Shown piece after piece: positions 1 through 10,858 of a stretch of DNA of 64,000 nt. The DNA lies in NCBI GenBank assembly GCA_038496445.1, contig JALMLS010000015.1, positions 248,001 through 312,000 on the forward strand, read 5' to 3'. Both the position numbers and the translations under genes were made by a program. This stretch comes from Trichosphaerium sp. ATCC 40318 (Eukaryota > Protista > Tubulinea). The stretch's first letter is position 1, and each line of letters starts with the position of its first letter. The notes under the pieces are model-generated. The model worked only from the letters and a program-made list of their open reading frames with translations. It had not been told where the DNA came from and made no database searches.

Positions 1-411
1 ATTGTACTTGTTCCTCCTTCTGACAAAAACTCGTTGGCATCTCGAGATCGTGCACTCCTCTTCAGTGCATCAGAGTGCGATATTGATACAAGTGGATTGC
101 TGGTAGACTTTGGAATACTTGAGTGTATAAACCCATCTCTTGATACATCAGGTACCAAATGAACACTTTACAACTTTCTAATTATATTTGAAGGGCTGAG
201 GAAGATTTTTGTATTGTTTGATGACACATGCCAAGGTAGTACTAGCAACGTTGTGAAGTACTCATTGATCGTTGTTGGTATTGTGGCGGGTTTGATAATA
301 TTGTTGCTGATTGTTGGTGTCATCTGGAAACCTCAGATATTCTTCCCATTTCACAACTACAGAAAAAAAAGACAGCGAGAAAATGCCAAGATCAAAAGTG
401 AGCAGTTGTAA
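1..411 (+). CDS. 3' part of a type-I membrane protein; tandem paralogue of the 730-2927 gene (5' end outside window)
   Basis: 1-411 aligns with 2532-2927 at DNA level (LVPPSD.NSLA.RDR.LLFSASECDIDT.GL.VDFGILEC, the same intron position, TM helix, IWKPQIFFPFHNYRKKR tail); stop at 409-411. Confidence 0.8.
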
Positions 412-729
412 ATAAAGCATGCTTCCATATTTACTTAGATTATAACCTGTATTGAGAATTCACTGACCTTAGTATTTTTAGTGTATCAGCAGTTTTCATT
501 GAGTTACTCTTCAACACTTGTTTCTTTGAAAAAATACAGGTTGTAATTTGCTAACCAACATCGCTTTTGGGTAATATCTATTCGCTCTGCACTTACAAGA
601 ATTAGTTTTAGTGAAGAGTAGAAGTATCTTACTGTTCTCCAAAAAATTAGACGAATTTCACTAGGTCAAAGACGCTCTAATTATTAGTACCTGGTAGCTT
701 AAAAAAACCTGATAGGATTCCATTTTCTA

Positions 730-2927
730 ATGCCAAACAGAAACATTTTAATGTTTCTCCTTCTATCTACCTTCGCTTGTATTATGCTGAATGCTCAACC
801 CGAAGGTACGTTCCGAGCTTGTTAGACAAATAGTTTTCCAAACCGAAGAAACAGCTGCTTGCCCTGTAGCCATTCTTTGGCTAAGTGGCGTAGTAATTAC
901 TGGTTTTTGATTTAAAATCCGCTTTTTTGTGAGGTTCTACAGTTACTAAAGTTGTTGAGAACCAAACCATAGGTTTAGATACTATGCTAGGCGTTAGCAA
1001 TTTCTAGATTTAATTGTCCACGTGACCGAGTACTAAGAATTTTTATTTTCTAGAGCTGTATGCTATGGATATTGAAGCTGGCTCTGAATGCTTACTTGTC
1101 GTCGACGAAAGGCTACTAGTTTGCTCTAATCGATCATTAGTTGTTTACAACTGGTCAGGTAATTAGCTTATCTTGTAGCGCCTTGACCTAACGCCTGCGA
1201 ATATGTACAGGAGACATGTATACGCTAAGTGTTAGAAAAATCAATTGGGGGAACGATGCGGATGATACCTTTCGCGATTCCCATCCCCAAGGTACCATAG
1301 CGATGAAAGGAAGCTGTAAGATTAACATCAAATAAATAGGTATTGCCACAGGAAGATACTTGTCTGATATTTTTGTTACGACTGGTTTTACTGACGAGAG
1401 GCAGATAGTACGAGCTTGTTTTCTTACTATTGTGATAAGTTTTTTAGGCTGTTTTAGATAGCGAGCTAAGTTTGAGAAGAACTCTAAGTTTAGATTTAAA
1501 CTTGATCGATCCAGATTATAGACAGATAACTATTGATCCTTCTGATACTTATATACTCGTTTCTGTCTTTAAACCAATCGCTGGTATCTACCAGTATTTT
1601 ATTAATGGTGAGATAATAATTTTTCGCACACTGCTTACCATGATAGGCACTCACACTGGTACGTACAAAGCCAACTATGGTGAAGACTTCCCTCAGGTAC
1701 TGTTACACAATCAAATGCGCTCTACCAACAACATGCTCTAACATTGAATAGGGAGTAGGGTTTATATCAAATGATGTGCTAACAGTACCATCTACCAAAT
1801 TCCTGTTGTACTTTACAATTGGTACGTATGTGCTCCTTTGTTTTTTCTTGTAATGTGCACTGTTAAGGTGACTATGACCAGCCAACACATAACACAACAA
1901 ATCCCGATCCTTTCAAAGGTCAGGCTATACATGCATATCCTAGCAACGACTTCTTCATACTGGAGAGTGAAAACGGAGCATTTTTGCTTCATAGTAATGG
2001 CACAAATAATGTGTTGGTCAATGTATTAACCTTGTATCTAGGAAGTGTAGTAAACTATTCAATACCTTCCTCAAATTTTGCTGTCAAAGTGACCATAGAC
2101 AACCTTGGACGTATCTTCTTGGTAGACGAATCCGGTCTAAAGATTTTTCCAAAACCAAGCATAGTATCAACAGGTCCAATAGATCCAATCACATTAGCAC
2201 CAACAACAATAGGTACCGTGGCGCCAATGGGATTGCTTCCACTACCCCCCACACTTTCTGGTGCCATATCATTATAATCATCACTCTTGCTAATTTCTTT
2301 AGTTATTACTTGCACCTCAGGCGAATGTACAATAAACGGAGATTTCGTCATTGACACAGATACAAGTATTGTTGGCAATAGAAGTCTTACTGTCAATGGT
2401 GAGTAATCTAAGAAGTAAACTACCAATTGTGTTGTTTAGGTGACTTAGAATGGAAATCAGGAAGTGTTCTTACTCTTGATTACTTGACGAATGTTACAGT
2501 AAAAGGATGTTTAAACTTGACAAATGCTTCAATTGAACTTGTTCCTCCTTCTGACACAAATTCTTTGGCGCCCCGAGATCGTGTACTACTCTTCAGTGCA
2601 TCAGAGTGCGATATTGATACAAATGGATTGATGGTAGACTTTGGAATACTTGAGTGTGTAACCGCATCTCTTGATACATTAGGTACCCATTGAAGCGTTC
2701 TTATTTTTTACATTGCAGTTGTAGAGCTACGGAAGGTGTATGTATTGTTTGATGACACATGCCAAGGTAAAAGTAGTAACAACGCTGTCAAGTACTCCCT
2801 GATAGCTGTTGGTATTGTGGTGGGATTGATTGTAGTCGTACTTATTGTTGGCGTTATCTGGAAACCTCAGATATTCTTCCCATTTCACAACTATAGAAAA
2901 AAACGAAAAAGAAAACAAGCATGTTAA
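730..2927 (+). CDS. Multi-exon single-pass membrane protein: signal peptide, beta-propeller-like ectodomain, P/T-rich stalk, beta-rich domain, TM helix, basic tail
   Basis: ATG at 730 gives MPNRNILMFLLLSTFACIMLNAQP (signal peptide). The first exons join in frame through GT-AG introns. TM helix is YSLIAVGIVVGLIVVVLIVGVIW; stop at 2925-2927. Confidence 0.7.
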
Positions 2928-3039
2928 CCTTAACTCCAAAGCAGTTCTAAACAATAAATAAACCATAGTTCACCTATGACTTCTACCAGTTGCCCTTGTG
3001 GAAATTGATGACTAATTTTTTGGACGTACAGTTTCCACA

Positions 3040-3200
3040 AACTAATTTGATTTAGACAAACTCCACTCAGTAGCAACTAGCAATTGATACACTCAACCTG
3101 ATTAGAGACAATGAGTATTGATCCTTCCAATACATACTTGCTCGAGTTTGTGTCTTTGAATGCAGAGGGTATTCATTAGGACCAAATTAAAAACAGTAAG
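3040..3200 (+). pseudogene. Decayed fragment of a third paralogue of the 730-2927 gene
   Basis: Translates, with stops and a frameshift, as PD*RQ/SIDPSNTYLLEFVSLNAEGIH*, matching PDYRQITIDPSDTYILVSVFKPIAGIYQ at ~1510-1600. Confidence 0.55.
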
Positions 3201-3743
3201 CAATGATAAGCGCTGCTTTTAGAAGATTCTCGTCAGAGTATGTCAAGTACAACATAACCTCGAATAGAGCGTAGCTTTATTGTTCAAGTATTATTGTAGA
3301 TACAGGATGTCTGACTGCTAATAAGAACTTGGACACGCTGATTATCCGAGGCTGTGATAAGTTATAAAAATTGCAAGCTGCATCATTTGTCAAAGTACTG
3401 TCGTGAGTATTCTTCGGGTTGGTACTCTGGAGATGGTAAATGTTTGATTTGGCCTGGTATGAATAGAAGCATGATTTATGGCAGCCACTTGTGCCAACAA
3501 AGAATGCTTTGGTATGACCACATTGTCATAAGAACTCTTGTGTAGCCAGAGGCTACTGTGTTGCACATACAGTTAAGATTGTATTTTGTAATAAATAAAA
3601 CGTTATTTCAAAGAAACTGTAATTTATTCTTTCCGTCAGCTAGCGTTCCAAATGGATAGATTGCAAAATTGTATTTGAAGAAAAATTCGAATATTCTTCT
3701 CGCTTTTATGGTTGTATAATACGGCAAATACTGAGGCTAATGG

Positions 3744-3820
3744 TGTCGTATAAGGTTCCACCATACTCCAGAGTGAGTGTGTTAATACGTTTTGTATAGC
3801 GTAGTGGTTAGTACGCGACA
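3744..3820 (+). repeat. 5' LTR (77 bp)
   Basis: Exact copy of 3987-4063; TG...CA ends with a 5-bp terminal inverted repeat. Confidence 0.95.
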
Positions 3821-3851
3821 TATGGCGACACGATGCTGTGGGTTCGATCCC
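3797..3851 (+). promoter_or_regulatory. tRNA-type (type 2) RNA polymerase III internal promoter split across the LTR/internal junction
   Basis: A box TAGCGTAGTGG (3797-3807) lies in an intact D-arm (GCGT-AGTGGTTAGT-ACGC). B box is GGTTCGATCCC (3841-3851). The 44-nt offset equals tRNA positions 8 to 52. Confidence 0.75.
3823..3835 (+). other. Primer-binding site (complement of a tRNA 3' end, possibly tRNA-Ser)
   Basis: TGG-CGACACGATG directly after the LTR is the complement of ...CATCGTGTCG-CCA. A G discriminator and GAC..GTC acceptor end are typical of tRNA-Ser; the identity is not verified. Confidence 0.75.
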
Positions 3852-3973
3852 CGGATCGGCCCGATTTGAATTACACCTACGGGTGTGTGCACGATTGTAC
3901 TGTGCGGTAATACCTTCTCCCTGACTTAGCAAAGAGACCCCGGTACGGAACGGTCGAGGGCGACCTCTTGTTT

Positions 3974-3984
3974 AAGGAGGGGAG
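3974..3984 (+). other. Polypurine tract
   Basis: AAGGAGGGGAG immediately upstream of the 3' LTR. Confidence 0.85.
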
Positions 3985-3986
3985 TA

Positions 3987-4063
3987 TGTCGTATAAGGTT
4001 CCACCATACTCCAGAGTGAGTGTGTTAATACGTTTTGTATAGCGTAGTGGTTAGTACGCGACA
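3987..4063 (+). repeat. 3' LTR (77 bp)
   Basis: Exact copy of 3744-3820, followed by the ATGG TSD. Confidence 0.95.
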
Positions 4064-5549
4064 ATGGTGACAAAACGGCACAAATTACATTCTTATTACT
4101 TTCCTAAATCCATTTCTTAACATCTTCAAAAAGAAAGAAAGTTTATTTTTGCACCGGGTCACTGTAACCAAATTTACAGTTGGCTTGCCCTGGACCGAAA
4201 TACAACTATGGAGGACGTACACGAGGGGTTACACTTTGTTTACAAACATTTTGTGTACTTGAATTCTTCGAAATCATTTTGTGTGTTTCTTGAACGCTGT
4301 TTCAGTAGATAGTAACATAAGTAGGGTGAGCAGTGCCATGAGAGTCCATTGGCGTGAATTGCTGTTGAGGGTTTTTGTTATTCCTGCTCGTTGTCTGTGG
4401 AATCGTACGTAGCCTGAACAACCTTGCTATTATCTGGGCACCGCCCAAGTAGCGATGTTCCAAACGAATAGAATACCGAATCTATCACCAGAACGTAAAA
4501 AGTTATTATTATTCCGATTCGGTTTTCAGAGAAGAGCGACTGTGAAACTGAAAGTTGTTGGCTTTTTTTTTAATCACCAAGTGCTTTTTTTTCATCCAAA
4601 CTACTCTCATATGTTTTAAAATGCATAGTTCTATACATAGAGTGGTTGAAAGCCCTATATTGAGTGAGTTTAAGATATCTACATTTTAGCTGTAAAACTT
4701 TGTCGCGGTAGGCCTAACCGACACTTTTGTTGTGAAATTGTGCCAGTGGTGAGCCAATCTTGAGCCCACCACGTGATCTATTTTTTTGCTGTCTCAAAAC
4801 CACTTTTTAGTACTTCCCACGCGTAGAAATAGCCATCACTTGAGGTAAAACATATTTTAACAACATCTCCACCTTATAACATCTCTGCCGTTAACCAATC
4901 GTTACCGTGCCCAGGGTACACCAAACGAGGAGGTGTTACGTCGTACCCTTTACATCCTTACAACATATGGAGACTTTTTTTTAATCAGCAGAAAACCTAC
5001 GACAGTGTAGTGACTTACTCTACGGAGACGGCGACGCGAGGGACTAGACAGAACAAGTAAACGATGGCACCACGTAAGGAACACTTCATGCTAATTCTAT
5101 TGAACACTACAAAATTATGTTTGGTTAACTTTTGAAATTATACGGAACTTCGCTTAGCATTCCCTAAATTTTTTTTTTTGCGAAGTATACAGGGTATTAG
5201 AGGGTATGACAAAAGTAAATGTAACAGAACAGTTGTGATGCGTTTGTAAGTTGTAATTTATTAATATTTACAGGCTTAGTCGGGAAAGGTAACTGATAGA
5301 AATTCAAGGGAAATTTCGTATATTTATACTTGTCTTTGAATGTTCTTCTTGTGATTCAGTATGAGTTCTTTCCATACGAATTCTAATCGTTACAGTAATG
5401 TATTAATTTTTCGGTGTTCCTGAAAAAAATAGTGTTCTTAATGAAAAAAAAATTGTTACACAATTGCTTTGTTCATGCCTCACTAGGATGTTATATAAAC
5501 ACGTTGCCATAGTTACAAAGCATTTTGCCATAAACATTCTTCAGTTCAC

Positions 5550-5667
5550 TCTACCAAGTTCTGGTTAATACATATTATAGACACATATGTGTTCTGAAGT
5601 ATACTCAAAAATTGGACATAAATAACGAGGTGCCCCTAGAAAGTGTGAACTGCTTACAAAAATCGTC
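5550..5667 (+). repeat. Diverged, truncated copy of the right end of the 5738-7085 element
   Basis: 5550-5667 aligns with ~6955-7083, ending in 29 identical bases GAAAGTGTGAACTGCTTACAAAAATCGTC. Confidence 0.7.
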
Positions 5668-5737
5668 AGCGTTATAAATATGCTTTCAACAAAATATGAA
5701 CATTAATTTGTGAATTGTGTCGGAAAGGTGACACATA

Positions 5738-7085
5738 GGGACTATTTTTGTAAGCGGTTCACACCTCTTATATCAAAGCTTTAGCGTGTGTTAATGTATC
5801 TCTAGAACGAATGGCTCTATTGTTATGTTCTAAGTGTGAAATAAATTATTTACTTTTTTACATGTTTTTTGGCGTATTTTTTTAATACATAGCTAAAAAA
5901 GCTTCAATCGAGCTTCATTGAGAATAAGCAGATGATTCGAGCGTGGAATCATCATAAACCGCTCTTGCAAATAAATTGATGCGTTATGGGCTAAAATAAA
6001 GCTTATAGTACCACAATATGAACGTGTATGTACAATGTACCTTTAAACGGCGTTTATCGCTCAGAAAACGCTTAAAACGTTGGTTTGCTGTGTTAATATT
6101 CTAGTCAAATCGAGTTCCCCAATACCGATGTAGGGCAAGCGTGTACAAGCGTTTAAATGGTGTACATACATTTAATAGGTATTTGACATATGTTAAGAAG
6201 GGTTTCAAGTCTGTACAGCCTTGCGTAATCTGTAAATTCCAATATTCTGTCGTATGTTACCATAAGCAATTTTACGTTTTATGAAATACCATGAGTAATT
6301 GAAGGTCCCTTACTCTTTGAAAGTACAGTCCATGCACTGTATATGATACAGCATAACTTTCAGCAATAGTTAAACAATTGTAGCAGCATAGTTTCAAAGA
6401 AACTGTTTTTGGTAAGTACTGAAGTATCTCCATGTAAAAAGTAAGTTCTGTCTCTAAAACTTCTGTAGTGGTAAAACATAACTACAGCAAGCTTTATGGA
6501 CCTCTGATTCAATAAAGTACCAAGCAAGAGTGAGTATTTTGACATTTTCATTTCAATATTATGTTCATCAACTTCTATGAAAAAGTAACCTCCGTGTTTT
6601 GATACCTAAATTATCAAATACTCTATAACTGCATATAGGTAGACAATGGTTTATTAAGCACCTGCCGCCAAAAGGAAAGATTTGAAAAAGGTATCTGTGG
6701 GTTAGAATGATTGTTCAAAATAATGACCAATTTACAGCAATCAGGTATAGAGACAGGTGATGATAGCTTTATGTGGAACACTGAAAGTGATAACAAATGC
6801 AAGAAACGACAGAATGTAATCCTTAATCACTATGGTGTTCAAGAATTACCTGCAGAATATGGTGGTGTTGGAGGAGAAGAAAATGATCCCAGGCAGGAAA
6901 AAATCGGTTTTAGATTCAATGAAATAGTTGATTGAAGTACACTATTAATTACCAGCAAGTTCTAGTTCAACCAAATTGTAGACACAAATGTGCTCTGAGG
7001 CATACCCAAAAGTTGGCCAAAAATAACGTTTTTGAGGTGTGCTAGACTTTTTTTGAAAGTGTGAACTGCTTACAAAAATCGTCCC
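5738..7085. mobile_element. Putative decayed TIR DNA transposon (~1.35 kb)
   Basis: Imperfect ~27-bp inverted termini GGGACTATTTTTGTAAGCGGTTCACAC ... GTGTGAACTGCTTACAAAAATCGTCCC, flanked by TA on both sides. The interior has coding-like but stop-interrupted sequence (e.g. 6640-6935). No transposase motif recognised. Confidence 0.55.
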
Positions 7086-7104
7086 TAGGCTCCGGAGTGA
7101 CATC

Positions 7105-7293
7105 GACTTTGCCAGTGTGGCTACTACACCGATCAAAACTTATTTGTGTGATATGAGACATCTCCGACTTTGCCTATGTGTCACAACTTCATGAGATATC
7201 TCCGGTACTACCTGTCTCATATCATATGTGAATCGTAATATATACATAAGACTTTGCCAGTGTGGCTACTACACCCGATCAAAACTTATTTGT
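7105..7293 (+). repeat. 43/44-bp direct repeat pair with an internal inverted repeat
   Basis: GACTTTGCCAGTGTGGCTACTACACC(C)GATCAAAACTTATTTGT at 7105-7147 and 7250-7293. TGATATGAGACA/TGTCTCATATCA form an inverted pair between them. Confidence 0.85.
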
Positions 7294-7409
7294 AATGGCC
7301 AGGTATGGATATCGCTCGCAAATCGTACGTATCAGTACAGCTTAGTGTTTTAAGAATTCACGTTCTCAAGCAAAAGTGCGATAAACAATTTGCATACATA
7401 GACCCCAAC

Positions 7410-8567
7410 ATGCTACAGGACTATGAGTTTAAACCAAGCCAGAGTAAGATAGTTAAATTGGTTTTTTTACATCACCTGTAGACCTCACACCGCTCTTTCC
7501 TACTCTTAATTGTCCAGAAACAGTAGATGAAAACACGAACATACAGAAAAAGCGTCAGCGAAATGATTCAAGTCGCATACAAAAAAGCTCAAAGGTAAAA
7601 AAAAGAAGAAAGGATTCGAGAGGAAACCCGCTATCAGGTACGCTATCACGTGATTTGTACAATGGAGGTTACCTTTTTCGAACAGCTGTTCGAACTATTT
7701 TGTATTATCTACTTACCTCCAACACTTAGTATTGAGTCTTGTATCATACCTTCCCGAAATAGCTACAGTTCATACCAACAATGAACTAGGGAAAGCAAAA
7801 AAAAAGACACCTTTGGCTTCACCTAATATTTCACTGCCCGAAAACGCAAGCAGTACGTCAGATTTATTGATTTAATCAAATGCCCTATCTTAAAACAAAC
7901 CGTATCTTTCTTGCTGATACTGTTCCAGAAAAAATGTTTGAGCTCCTTGGCAAATCCAACAAAAGTACTTTGATTGTATTAGTGTTGGCAGTAGTACGTG
8001 TAAGTTTAATCAATATTATCAATTTTTTGTTTAGATTCTCGAACTTGGCGTAAGAAAAAAGTTAACCGAAGAGGAAGAGGTCTTTGAAGAGGTCTTTGAA
8101 GTGTTGTGCGAGAAAAAAAAAACAGACTTTTTCTCAATATTGCTATTTGTTGCAACCAACGATCTCTACTTACGCTTATTTGCTTAGCAATCCCGATTTA
8201 TTCCTTCACAGCTTGATGATACTTAAACCGTATAAAAAGTGCACAGCCAGTGGGAAGCAGAGCGCGCTTAAAGCTATAAAGTAGTACGCCATTTGCTTTT
8301 TTTTTAACCACGAAGCAACATACTTATTTCATCTCCAGTTGGGTAGAAATCACCAAAGATAATGCATCCAGCCCTTGCTGGACCTTTAAAGTAACGGACC
8401 AAGCTCTTTGGATGTCCATGTGTGCGTCTGTACAAAACACGCTGGAAAACGGGAGCAGTGTGGAATGCTCGTTCTACGAACACGAACCTTCCAGGAGCCT
8501 ACGTTTAGACACTGTTGAGTTTATTGAATCCTTGACAGAATATAGTAAGATCGTTCATGGACTCTGA
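7410..8567 (+). CDS. Hypothetical protein with basic NLS-like segment
   Basis: Continuous spliced frame MLQDYEFKPSQN...KKRQR...KVKKRRK...EFIESLTEYSKIVHGL* through canonical GT-AG introns. Confidence 0.6.
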
Positions 8568-8778
8568 AAGACACAATGTGTTAATTCATACATGAAACTA
8601 CCAGCTTAGAATAAATTGTTTACATAGATTATCAAGTACAACATTTATTTTAATTTAGCAAACGATTCCTTGTGGTTAGTTTACCATAAATTTTCTTGTG
8701 TTTTGCAAACGGTTAAAAATGCTCGATACGTTCACAGAACTACAGATTTTCAATAACATCATTAAACAAACTTTCCTA

Positions 8779-10858
8779 ATGGAACAAACAACAACACAAG
8801 GAGCCAATATGGCCTCTGAAGGAGATCCTATCGTTGTAAACGAAACAACAGCCTATTTTTCAAACAAAGCGATTGCAGTTATCGAATTAGACAGTACAGA
8901 GTGGCACACAGTAGAACATTACTTTCAGGTATGTGTTTCGACGGTATTGATCCATAAACGCTCTACATCGCGTTAAATATCGCTGAAAACGCGTTTGAGG
9001 ACATTCAGACATCGCGTTATAGTCAAATAACGTTATACCGCTTCTTTGTCTTTAAATCTATCCCAACCGCTTACTAACGCTCTAAACAGGCCCAAAAAAT
9101 AACAAACTTTGATAACCAAGAAGTTATCCGCAATACACCAATAAACGAACTCGCATCTGTCGTATCTGTACGTCTGGCACTACCTCTTAGCTATCGCATA
9201 TTTAAACGCGTTACAATCGTTGTATTATTCTTATTCTTCACTTTAGAGGATTGGCAACAGTGATCCTTCTTGGGCACTTAGAGATGACTGGGAACACGTA
9301 TGTCACCTTAACAATACTTGTTTTTTACGTGATCAACCACGGCTTGTTCATAAACTTGATCGAGGCGGATTGATCACGTGTTTAACGAATACCAACTAAA
9401 GCTTGTTGTTAGGTTAAAAGTTCTGTAATGACGAAGGGTGTCTTGGCAAAGTTCAAACAAAATCCAACATTAAAAGAACATCTGTTGAAGACAGGAACAA
9501 GAACAATAATAGCTGAGCAAAACGACGCTGAATGGAAAAATGATGAAGGCGTAGAAGAGAACAAAATAGGTAAGAAACAAAGAAGAACATAAAAACAACT
9601 CTATTCAAGACGTGCTGTTGGTACATTCTTCATGCTCACTTACGAATGCCTAAATCTACGCTTCGCATAGTGTGCTCAGCATGAAGATATTGCGTTCAGT
9701 CAGAACGTTTTGAACTTGTTTACAGCAACAGCTAAGTTTTCTTAAAGGTCAGATACTTATGGCTGTGAGACAAAGAATTCGTCCCGCTGCCACTGATGAC
9801 ATCATTGTACCTAAAAATGATGTTGAAGAAGATGAAGTAGGCGATGAGGGAAAACCATTATCTAAAGCACAGAAGGAAAAGTACGTTATTTTTCCCACCT
9901 GGTTTGTAGTTCCGGACGTGAAGTAACATTTTCGCAATAGACTACGGCGAAGACGTAATGCTAGATCCAGAAAAGGTGTTTGGAGAGATGATATTGATAA
10001 ATCCTCGATTGTAGATAAAACCAGAGATGGAAAGATCAACATTGTAGGAACAAATATAAGTAAGTTACTTTTATTTTTGTCATTTTGCCTGAGGTGGTGG
10101 TTTTTTTTTCTTTGTTTTATCACCCCATTGGTTATGTTATCCGGATACTAAAGGTTGGCTTTGTAGAAATAAACTATAAAGCACTACCGCCAGCAGGACG
10201 GATTGTAGTCAATAGTAATCAATATATTAAAAGATTTCAGAATGAAGAGCTTGACGATGATTATACGCTGGGGTAATATATTGTGGTGAACTATTCATCA
10301 CCGTTACTTATTTAATTTGTAGTGATTCACAAGATGATATTTACCTTGAAAAACCAAAGCAAGTCTTAATGTCAGATTTTCTTCCTAATTCAGTACGCTA
10401 TTCAAAAAAAAACCAACTTTAAACTAAACCAATCAATCTGTCGATTCACGTGTTTTTCATAAATGCTAAAGATATCAATGATCTTACAATAATCCTTTAG
10501 ATTCCAACAATGCCAAGTTATTTCGTATCTAGTGACCTACTTATGATAGGTACCGTCAAACAGTTTTGTTAACTGAATTTTAAGTTTAAACTTATCACTT
10601 TTTAAACCACTTGTAATCAAAAATCACGTGATTAAATATAGGTAAATACTGATTCTATTTGTTTGATTAGAAATACAAGAAACAATAAACCAGATTGAAG
10701 GACTTGGAGATGATCCAAACAACAAGTTAGCCGAACTCACAGAAAAATGTCAGCAAATGAAACCACGGCTTACACATTTCATAACAAAGTCAACTGGCGA
10801 ATTAGAAATGAACCAACTATTAATCTCTATGGATAGACTAAACACAGTATTATGTTAA
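8779..10858 (+). CDS. NADAR (YbiA-like) domain protein with C-terminal GAT-like domain
   Basis: NADAR motifs YFSN, WHTVEHYFQAQK, LRDDWEHVK..VM..GVLAKFKQNPTLKEHLLKTG and NKIGQILMAVRQRI. The C-terminus ELTEKCQQMKPRLTHFI...EMNQLLISMDRLNTVL resembles GAT. Confidence 0.8.

Larger units (their letters stand above)
3744..4063 (+). mobile_element. Non-autonomous miniature LTR retrotransposon (TRIM-like), 320 bp, recent insertion
   Basis: Two identical 77-bp LTRs (3744-3820, 3987-4063) with TGTCG...CGACA termini. ATGG is duplicated on both sides (3740-3743, 4064-4067). PBS TGGCGACAC starts 2 nt after the 5' LTR and PPT AAGGAGGGGAG ends 2 nt before the 3' LTR. No recognisable gag/pol coding capacity. 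Confidence 0.93.

Noticed and set aside
3790-3865. A bona fide tRNA gene
   Set aside because: The D-arm and T-loop are present, but the acceptor strands do not pair and there is no anticodon arm (the PBS occupies it). It is part of the LTR element.
3636-3932. 98-aa minus-strand ORF overlapping the element
   Set aside because: Non-ATG start, crosses the insertion boundary and has no gag/pol similarity.
3744-4063. Retrozyme (hammerhead ribozyme in the LTRs)
   Set aside because: I found no CTGANGA...GAAA hammerhead core; CTGACTT at 3921 does not fit. An Infernal search would be needed to exclude other ribozymes.
5639-5768. 130-bp MITE bounded by the two nearby inverted repeats
   Set aside because: Homology extends upstream of 5639 to match 6955-7054, so 5639-5667 is better read as the right end of an older copy than as a left TIR.
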